A stretch of DNA of 64,000 nucleotides from Balanoglossus misakiensis (lineage: Eukaryota; Animalia; Hemichordata): positions 215,740-279,739 of the forward strand of contig CM082578.2 of the NCBI GenBank assembly GCA_040954595.2. The letters are read 5' to 3'. Below the pieces are notes generated by a model that saw only the letters and a list, made by a program, of their open reading frames with translations, did no database searches and was not told where the DNA came from. How positions within the stretch are numbered: the first letter of the stretch is position 1; the number at the start of each line of letters is the position of its first letter. Below are positions 55,603-64,000 of the stretch, piece by piece. Made by a program: the position numbers and the translations under genes.

Positions 55603-58410
55603 TTACACCCAAAGGCCACGCATTTCTGGAGGTGTTCTCATCCTTTTCCAATACAAATCTGACAGATACTGCACTTGCTTCCATCTGTGTACAGCATACA
55701 AGTCGTTCTTCTCCGTCACACCAGGGGGTGTTGCTGCTCCCTTCATAGTAAGCAACATACTGGGTGTCAATGCTTTTAAGTCTCTAACGTCGTCCGACGA
55801 TACTGTAATCTCATGCGGTCCATCTGTACGACGACTTTTGTTCTTGGCACATCTCAACAATGTGTCACCCACTTTACGTATCCAGGCCACTGCTTTCTTC
55901 AGTTTATACCAACTGGAGTAGTGGTCTATCATTTTCTGAACCGTCTCCTCCGCATTAACGGACATGGATCGATCCGCCCCTTTGTCAGGCGTCTGTCGTT
56001 CTCCCGAAACAACAGGTACTGTTCCCAACACAACGGGTACAGTTTCTTCTTCCGACCTCAAGGCTATTCTATGCACTAGTGCAGATTTCTTCACCTCTGG
56101 ATCTTCTGGATCTAGCTGTGTATTGTAGCTATCACTTGGCCATTTGTCTTGTGTCTTCCGCAAGAAATCAGGACCACCTATCCATCTTTCGTTCTTCAGA
56201 AAAGCATCTGCCGGGTTGTCACTGGTATTAATGTAGCGCCAGTTCGCTGGGTCTGATCCTCCTCGAATCACTGCTAGTCTATTCGCCACGAAGGTATGAA
56301 ATCTTGTGGTTTCGTTGTTTATGTACCGCAGCACGGTTTTGCTATCCGTCCAAAACACGGATTCATTGATTGGCAAATCCATCTCCTTTCTGAGAAGTTT
56401 GTCAAGCCTCACTGCTACAGTAGCTGCAGTTAATTCCATTCGTGGGATCGATATTTGCTTCAATGGAGCCACTCTTGCTTTGGCCATCATCAAAGTGCTG
56501 TGGATGTTTCCGCTTTTGTCGATCAACCTAAGATATGATACAGCACCATATCCATTTTCGCTGGCATCAGCAAAGTGATGTAGCTGAGCTGTGTCTACTT
56601 CACCAAAGTGCTCGGGCTTTATACATCTGGGTACTGCGAAACACTCTTCTAATTTCGGTAGATCCCTCAACCAATTCTCCCACACTTTGCGTTGTTTTCC
56701 AGGAATATCATCATCCCAGCCTAGTTTTGCTTTACACAGCTGCTGCAAAAGCATCTTGGGTGGCAGAAGCGCTGGTGCTGCCATGCCCAGTGGGTCGTAT
56801 AATGAACTAACCACTCCTAGAATTCCTCGTCTGGTCGCTGGTTTCTCTTTAGTACGATTTCTGAATCCGAATTCGTCAGATTCCACGTTCCACTGCATAC
56901 CGAGTGCATGCTCCATTGGCAAGTCATCTCGCTCCAAGTCTAAGTTCTTCACCTCTATCGCCCTTTGTTCTTCAGGTATTGCTTCCAAAACTGGACGCGT
57001 ATTGCTGATCCACTTTGTGAGCTTGAACCCTGATTTCTTACAGGTGTCTGTCAGCCCTTCAGCCAAAGACTTTCCTTCCATCACTGTTGATGCTGCCTTC
57101 AACATGTCATCAACGTAGAAGTTTCTAGATATGGTGTTCTTGACACTCAGATCAGAAGTATTGTCTGAAGCATTCTTCAACGCGAAGTTTGCACAACTGG
57201 GTGACGATGTAGCCCCGAAGATGTGCACTGTCATTCGGTACTCGACAGGAGGTTCCTCTACATTACCATTAGGCCACCACAGAAAACGCTGGAAATCTCG
57301 GTTTTCTTGCGACACGCCAACTTGAGAGAACATAGCCTCTATATCTGACATCAGTGCTATCCGCTCTTCACGAAAACGTATAAGCACTCCTACAAGTGAA
57401 CTGGTCAGATCCGGTCCTTGCATTAATTCCTTGTTCAAAGAAGTTCCCTTGTATTCTGCACCACAGTCGAAGACTACCCGGATTTTCTGTTTCTGTGGAT
57501 GGTATACTCCATGATGGGGAAGATACCATTTCTTTCCAGGATTGCCTTCCAATTCTTCCTGTGGCACCCTTTCAGCATAGCCTTTGTCTATAATACTTTC
57601 CATGAAGGTAGTATATTCTTGACGATAGTCATCGTTGTTTCTAAATTTCTTTCCCAACTGAGAAAGCCGATATTCTACTGCCACTTTGTTGTTTGGCATC
57701 GTAACACCGTCATCACGAAACGGTAATGGCACCTGGTAATGACCATCAACAAACTGCGTTTGTTCGTACGCAATCTTCATGAACTTTCTATCTTCAACCG
57801 AATCTTCGGGTTTGTCATCTATGATGCGCTCGCTGAACTCGTGATTGAAGAGGTTGATTAACTGCTGATCAATCGCCGGTCCAACTTGTATTCTACAGAC
57901 TGTTGCGGCAGTTTCATTTTCTGACACGCCAGCCCCCGTAAGGAAACCATTTACGAACCAGCCTAAACGGGTACGTACGGCAAATGGTCCATCTCCATTA
58001 CTGTTTATCACTTCCCATGGTTCAAACGCTTCAGGAACGTTACCACCGATGAGTAGGCCTATTTCCGCATCTATCTCAGGCAGGCGTACCTTACGCAAAT
58101 AAGGATACTTGCCAATGTCATCTTGTGTAACGATGAGATCTTTCGAAGCAGGAATTTTCTCTTGCGTATATGTAGCTGGAAGTTTGATGATGTAATGCTC
58201 ATCAAGATCTGAAACTTCTGGACCCTTGATAACACGACTATCAGCTGATTTACTTCCAGTGATAGTGTTCAGCATAATCTTTGTTTTCTTACCACCGACG
58301 TTCAGTTGTCGGCGAAGTGTTTCCGTACAGAATACTGTGTCACTGCCGTTGTCAATAAAGGCGTACGTTTGTACACTAAGACCACTCGATCTACATTTGA
58401 CCTTGGTCAT
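55603..58410 (-). CDS. pol: BEL/Pao pol remnant (PR, RT, RNase H), copy 2
   Basis: Translation matches 7380..10187. Confidence 0.9.
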   Translation of the reverse strand: MTKVKCRSSGLSVQTYAFIDNGSDTVFCTETLRRQLNVGGKKTKIMLNTITGSKSADSRVIKGPEVSDLDEHYIIKLPATYTQEKIPASKDLIVTQDDIGKYPYLRKVRLPEIDAEIGLLIGGNVPEAFEPWEVINSNGDGPFAVRTRLGWFVNGFLTGAGVSENETAATVCRIQVGPAIDQQLINLFNHEFSERIIDDKPEDSVEDRKFMKIAYEQTQFVDGHYQVPLPFRDDGVTMPNNKVAVEYRLSQLGKKFRNNDDYRQEYTTFMESIIDKGYAERVPQEELEGNPGKKWYLPHHGVYHPQKQKIRVVFDCGAEYKGTSLNKELMQGPDLTSSLVGVLIRFREERIALMSDIEAMFSQVGVSQENRDFQRFLWWPNGNVEEPPVEYRMTVHIFGATSSPSCANFALKNASDNTSDLSVKNTISRNFYVDDMLKAASTVMEGKSLAEGLTDTCKKSGFKLTKWISNTRPVLEAIPEEQRAIEVKNLDLERDDLPMEHALGMQWNVESDEFGFRNRTKEKPATRRGILGVVSSLYDPLGMAAPALLPPKMLLQQLCKAKLGWDDDIPGKQRKVWENWLRDLPKLEECFAVPRCIKPEHFGEVDTAQLHHFADASENGYGAVSYLRLIDKSGNIHSTLMMAKARVAPLKQISIPRMELTAATVAVRLDKLLRKEMDLPINESVFWTDSKTVLRYINNETTRFHTFVANRLAVIRGGSDPANWRYINTSDNPADAFLKNERWIGGPDFLRKTQDKWPSDSYNTQLDPEDPEVKKSALVHRIALRSEEETVPVVLGTVPVVSGERQTPDKGADRSMSVNAEETVQKMIDHYSSWYKLKKAVAWIRKVGDTLLRCAKNKSRRTDGPHEITVSSDDVRDLKALTPSMLLTMKGAATPPGVTEKNDLYAVHRWKQVQYLSDLYWKRMRTPPEMRGLWV

Positions 58411-60591
58411 TACCAGGTGCCATTACCGTTTCGTGATGACGGTGTTACGATGCCAAACAACAAAGTGGCAGTAGAATATCGGCTTTCTCAGTTGGGAAAG
58501 AAATTTAGAAACAACGATGACTATCGTCAAGAATATACTACCTTCATGGAAAGTATTATAGACAAAGGCTATGCTGAAAGGGTGCCACAGGAAGAATTGG
58601 AAGGCAATCCTGGAAAGAAATGGTATCTTCCCCATCATGGCGTATACCATCCACAGAAACAGAAAATCCGGGTAGTCTTCGACTGTGGTGCAGAATACAA
58701 GGGAACTTCTTTGAACAAGGAATTAATGCAAGGACCGGATCTGACCAGTTCACTTGTAGGAGTGCTTATACGTTTTCGTGAAGAGCGGATAGCACTGATG
58801 TCAGATATAGAGGCTATGTTCTCTCAAGTTGGCGTGTCGCAAGAAAACCGAGATTTCCAGCGTTTTCTGTGGTGGCCTAATGGTAATGTAGAGGAACCTC
58901 CTGTCGAGTACCGAATGACAGTGCACATCTTCGGGGCTACATCGTCACCCAGTTGTGCAAACTTCGCGTTGAAGAAAGCTCCAGACAATACTTCTGATCT
59001 GAGTGTCAAGAACACCATATCTAGAAACTTCTACGTTGATGACATGTTGAAGGCAGCATCAACAGTGATGGAAGGAAAGTCTTTGGCTGAAGGGCTGACA
59101 GACACCTGTAAGAAATCAGGGTTCAAGCTCACAAAGTGGATCAGCAATACGCGTCCAGTTTTGGAAGCAATACCTGAAGAACAAAGGGCGATAGAGGTGA
59201 AGAACTTAGACTTGGAGCGAGATGACTTGCCAATGGAGCATGCACTCGGTATGCAGTGGAACGTGGAATCTGACGAATTCGGATTCAGAAATCGTACTAA
59301 AGAGAAACCAGCGACCAGACGAGGAATTCTGGGAGTGGTTAGTTCATTATACGACCCACTGGGCATGGCAGCACCAGCGCTTCTGCCACCCAAGATGCTT
59401 TTGCAGCAGCTGTGTAAAGCAAAACTAAGCTGGGATGATGATATTCCTGGAAAACAACGCAAAGTGTGGGAGAATTGGTTGAGGGATCTACCGAAATTAG
59501 AAGAGTGTTTCGCAGTACCCAGATGTATAAAGCCCGAGCACTTTGGTGAAGTAGACACAGCTCAGCTACATCACTTTGCTGATGCCAGCGAAAATGGATA
59601 TGGCGCTGTATCATATCTTAGGTTGATCGACAAAAGCGGAAACATCCACAGCACTTTGATGATGGCCAAAGCAAGAGTGGCTCCATTGAAGCAAATATCG
59701 ATCCCACGAATGGAATTAACTGCAGCTACTGTAGCAGTGAGGCTTGACAAACTTCTCAGAAATGAGGTGGATTTGCCAATCAATGAATCCGTGTTTTGGA
59801 CGGATAGCAAAACCGTGCTGCGGTACATAAACAACAAAACCACAAGATTTCATACCTTCGTGGCGAATAGACTAGCAGTGATTCGAGGAGGATCAGACCC
59901 AGCGAACTGGCGCTACATTAATACCAGTGACAACCCGGCAGATGAGTGCTCTAGAGGTCAGAAAATAGATGCTTTTCTGAAGAACGAAAGATGGATAGGT
60001 GGTCCTGATTTCTTGCGGAAGACACAAGACAAATGGCCAAGTGATAGCTACAATACACAGCTAGATCCAGAAGATCCAGAGGTGAAGAAATCTGCACTAG
60101 TGCATAGAATAGCCTTGAGGTCGGAAGAAGAAACTGTACCCGTTGTGTTGGGAACAGTACCTGTTGTTTCGGGAGAACGACAGACGCCTGACAAAGGGGC
60201 GGATCGATCCATGTCCGTTAATGCGGAGGAGACGGTTCAGAAAATGATAGACCACTACTCCAGTTGGTATAAACTGAAGAAAGCAGTGGCCTGGATACGT
60301 AAAGTGGGTGACACATTGTTGAGATGTGCCAAGAACAAAAGTCGTCGTACAGATGGACCGCATGAGATTACAGTATCGTCGGACGACGTTAGAGACTTAA
60401 AAGCATTGACACCCAGTATGTTGCTTACTATGAAGGGAGCAGCAACACCCCCTGGTGTGACGGAGAAGAACGACTTGTATGCTGTACACAGATGGAAGCA
60501 AGTGCAGTATCTGTCAGATTTGTATTGGAAAAGGATGAGAACACCTCCACAAATGCGTGGCCTTGGGTGTAATCGTCAAAGTTATGCCTGA
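58306..60591 (+). CDS. pol: BEL/Pao pol remnant (RT, RNase H), copy 2
   Basis: Matches 10083..12368 except one V/L change. Confidence 0.85.
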   Translation: MSAKCFRTEYCVTAVVNKGVRLYTKTTRSTFDLGHYQVPLPFRDDGVTMPNNKVAVEYRLSQLGKKFRNNDDYRQEYTTFMESIIDKGYAERVPQEELEGNPGKKWYLPHHGVYHPQKQKIRVVFDCGAEYKGTSLNKELMQGPDLTSSLVGVLIRFREERIALMSDIEAMFSQVGVSQENRDFQRFLWWPNGNVEEPPVEYRMTVHIFGATSSPSCANFALKKAPDNTSDLSVKNTISRNFYVDDMLKAASTVMEGKSLAEGLTDTCKKSGFKLTKWISNTRPVLEAIPEEQRAIEVKNLDLERDDLPMEHALGMQWNVESDEFGFRNRTKEKPATRRGILGVVSSLYDPLGMAAPALLPPKMLLQQLCKAKLSWDDDIPGKQRKVWENWLRDLPKLEECFAVPRCIKPEHFGEVDTAQLHHFADASENGYGAVSYLRLIDKSGNIHSTLMMAKARVAPLKQISIPRMELTAATVAVRLDKLLRNEVDLPINESVFWTDSKTVLRYINNKTTRFHTFVANRLAVIRGGSDPANWRYINTSDNPADECSRGQKIDAFLKNERWIGGPDFLRKTQDKWPSDSYNTQLDPEDPEVKKSALVHRIALRSEEETVPVVLGTVPVVSGERQTPDKGADRSMSVNAEETVQKMIDHYSSWYKLKKAVAWIRKVGDTLLRCAKNKSRRTDGPHEITVSSDDVRDLKALTPSMLLTMKGAATPPGVTEKNDLYAVHRWKQVQYLSDLYWKRMRTPPQMRGLGCNRQSYA

Positions 60592-61446
60592 TCGGAAAGG
60601 GGTGGTGAGACGAGTATTGGTGAAGACCAGATCCAGTGTTTTAGAAAGACCATATGATAAGTTGTGCACATTGCTGGAAGCACAGACTTAGTGGTATTGG
60701 TATGGTTGCAGTTACCAGCAGCTGTAATAACAACGATCTCAAGTAGTGGCCAGTCTATCCACTACGTCCAGCGTTTGATCTCATCTTTGAAGTACAGATG
60801 TGTTGGATATCATGCTTGGCAGCATGATTGACCGGACGAGGTCTGGGCATGGTCTAGGATGTATCATCACATTCATGAAGAAAAGGATTCTTGTATTCGC
60901 GTTTCCTGAAAAACTTTCGACTTCGCGTTTCGAGATATTTATAGATATTGTTTTGTAATTTCTATTTGATATGTAATTTCGGCACATATGGATGTTGGCG
61001 TTTTGAATTTGCTAGGATGGAAATTGTTAATGTTTTTTCATGAACAATTTGGGGGCTGGTGTAAGGACGCCCAGTTCTTAGAGAAACTGAAATATTTAGT
61101 CTAGCGCCCTCGCGCTGTGAGTACATTAGCGCATGCGCTTTTGTTTAGAAAATATCTGGAAAATTCCATGGCGCACATGTGAGGACTTTTGCACAGTTAG
61201 CCTGGGGATTTTTGCCAGTTTTCTACGGAAACTTCAACCACCGCGACGCATCATCCAGTGCCAGTGTTGTATGTTCAGGCATTAAATGTTCGTGTAAAGT
61301 TCCGAGCAGCGTTTTCTGTGACATCTGACAAGGAATGTTCGTCGGCGATGGTGAGCTCCAGTTAGTTAACGGCAAATACTATAGAACCCTGTGGCCTTTG
61401 ATGTGAATTTGGGCGCCATTTGAGACGGCACATCGAGGTTACTACA

Positions 61447-64000
61447 CTGGTAACGTTGAACAAGTCGATTTTTCTAGGGCCTGGCTCGGCTAAATCTCCG
61501 TCACAATATGACAGACACTAGCGTATGTTAGCAACGGTGATCAAGTCAGATTTTCTACGGCATGGCTTGGATAAAGCCCCGGCACTCTAGAGCAGAAACA
61601 CGCGAACAGAGACCACGTTGATCAAGTCTGATCTCCTACGGCTTGGCTCGACTGAAACCCTGGCACACTATGACAGACACTAGCGTTCGTTAGCAACGTT
61701 GATCAAGTCAGATTTCCTACGGCATGGCTTGGCTAAAGCCCTGGCACTCTAGAGCAGAAACACGCGTACAGAGACCACGTTGATCTACTCACATTTCCTT
61801 CGGCCTGGCACGGCTGATGCCCCGGCACTATATATAGGACACAGACTGGCGTAAGTTAACAACGGTAATCACGTCGGGTTTCCTACGGCCTGGCTCAGCT
61901 GAAGTCCCGGCACTCTAGAGCAGAAACAGGCGTACATTGACCACGTTGATCAAGTCAGATTTCCTACGGCGTGACTCGGCTGGTGCACCGGCTCTATATG
62001 ACACAGACTGGCGTAAGTTATCAACGGTGATTACGTCGGATTTCCTACGGCCTGGTTTAGCTGAAGCCCCGGCACTTTAGAGCGGAAACACGCGTACATT
62101 GACCACGATGATCAAGTCAGATCTCCTACGGCCTGGCTCGACTAAAACCCCGGCACACCATGACAGACACTAGCGTTCGTTAGCAACGGTGATCAAGTCG
62201 GATTTCCTTCGGCCTGGCTCTGCAAAAGACCTGACACTCTAGTACAAAGACGTTGGCTAAGTCGGGCAAACCGAAGAGGGAAAGTCACAGCGGGTCAACA
62301 CTCGACATTTGTTCGGGTAGGACTGCATTATTGCCTGTCAATTTATAGAGAAAGCTCGAATTTAACCAGGGCGTTTCAAACACCGACGTTAGTTGGGGGC
62401 ACGGCCTGCAGTACTGCCGGGTAAGCTGACATCGGCGTACCGCATGTAATGTAGGGGGGGGGAGGGAAACAGAACGGTTCAATGCTACATTTATCAGATA
62501 TCAGCTAATTTTGGACAATCATCTAAAATCTAAATCATTTTTTCATATTTGGATATCTGATGATGTATGAAATTTCCATTATATGTAAAAATGGTGCTGA
62601 TTATAAAAATGCACTCTGAATGAGCTGATTTAATACAAAATTGCGTTTTATTCGTTTTTGCACCAAAAAGGTCATTTTTAGGCAAAACATTCTTTATTTT
62701 TTAATTCGGTGACCTGATCATATATAAACAATTGCTTGTATGTTAAAAGTTTTTCTGACTTTTAAAAGCCGTGACACTGGCGGCATTCAACACGAAAATA
62801 ACAATTTTAGCCACAATTTGGTCAAAATGGTAAATTTTTGAAAATTACAAAAAATACCTGTTTTCTACATTTTCGGAAATCTGATGGAGTATAGAATGCT
62901 CTTCGTATCTATATATATCGATACAAATTCCACAAAAGACCGTCTAATTTGGCTCACTGCAGACAAATTGCGTTTTACCAAATTTTCCTTGAAAATGTCA
63001 TTTTTAGAAAAAAAATAAAAAAACCTTTGTTCTTCGAATTTGGTGCCCTGATCATATATGACATGTTGATTGTATGTTAAAACTTTCGACCACTCCAAAA
63101 ATGCAGAGATATTGACGGAATTCAAGAAAAAATAGCCATTTTGGCCATATTTTGACAAAAATGGTAAATTTTAAAAAAATCTTAAAAAATTAACTCTTTT
63201 CTTCATTTTCGGAAATATTATGGAGCATGAAGTGTCGTTCTCTTGTAAAAAGTGCTGCAAATTCCAGAAAAGGCGGTATAATTTGAATCACCCAAGTCAA
63301 AATTACCATTTTCGACATTTTCCGAAAAATTGTCTTTTTTACAAAATAAATAAGAATAAATTCTTTTCTTAGTTTCAAACGGGTAGAGATACTTTCCACA
63401 CGGGTTTTCTAACATTGAATTCCCGTTCATCAACTCAGATTTCCTACAGCATAAGTCGGCTAAAACCCTGACACTCTAGAGCAGAAACAGTTGCACACTG
63501 GTAACGTTGAACAAGTCGATTTTTCTACGGCCTGGCTCGGCTAAATCTCCGTCAAAATATGACAGACACTAGCGTACGTTAGCAACGGTGATCAAGTCAG
63601 ATTTTCTACGGCATGGCTTGGATAAAACCCCGGCACTCTAGAGCAGAAACACGCGTACAGAGACCACGTTGATCAAGTCTGTGTCCTATATATAGTGCCG
63701 GGGCATCAGCCGTGCCAGGCCGAAGGAAATGTGAGTAGATCAACGTGGTCTCCCGTGTGGAAAGTATCTCTACCCGTTTGAAACTAAGAAAAGAATTTAT
63801 TCTTATTTATTTGTAAAAAAGACAACGTTGATCAAGTCAGATTTCCTACAGCATGGCTTGGCTAAAGCCCTGGCACTCTAGAGCAGAAACACGCGTTCAG
63901 AGACCACGTTGATCTACTCACATTTCCTTCGGCCTGGCACGGCTGATGCCCCGGCACTATATATAGGACACAGACTGGCGTAAGTTAACAACGGTAATCA
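61447..64000 (-). repeat. 2-kb macrosatellite, inverted block (copy of 13224-15780)
   Basis: Same variants and the same micro-inversion at ~63676-63825. Confidence 0.95.

Larger units (their letters stand above)
54729..61446. mobile_element. BEL/Pao fold-back palindrome (copy 2)
   Basis: Same structure and junctions as 6506-13223; LTRs at 54729-55115 (-) and 61060-61446 (+); spacer 57746-58403. Confidence 0.95.
53760..64000 (+). repeat. Near-identical direct duplication of ~5540-15780, running off the window end
   Basis: Constant offset of 48,223 bp (48,220 after the poly-G). Shares private variants (aaagtcgagc, ctctacaaatt, ccgactatatc), the BEL palindrome and the micro-inversion. Confidence 0.93.

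Overview
Eukaryotic (animal, probably invertebrate) repeat DNA with no recognisable host gene. About 60% of the window is a tandem array of a composite ~2.05-kb unit (about 19 copies). Each unit has an ~0.9-kb AT-rich block of ~2.7 diverged ~335-bp repeats, a variable poly-C tract with a ~200-bp GC-richer dyad-rich linker, and 11 GC-rich 81-bp monomers alternating A/B as a 162-bp dimer. The array changes orientation three times: at two BEL palindromes and at a microhomology junction near 46,210. Four independent retroelements interrupt it. (1) A BEL/Pao pol+LTR remnant folded back into a 6.7-kb palindrome (6506-13223), repeated almost identically 48,223 bp downstream (54729-61446) within a >=10-kb duplication. 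(2) A near full-length CR1/L2-group LINE (16287-21643) whose PHD+SGNH esterase+CCHC ORF1 and AUG-less ORF2 are in frame across one TGA. (3) A second BEL/Pao integrase+3'LTR fragment (23233-24668). (4) A 5'-truncated L1/Tx1-type LINE with intact ORF2, poly(A) and TSD (34586-39210). All four lie in the same orientation relative to the satellite unit, and both LINEs inserted in the short linker. The leading hypothesis, which is inference only, is a satellite-embedded retroelement trap or small-RNA source locus remodelled by fold-back events. No function can be shown from sequence alone.
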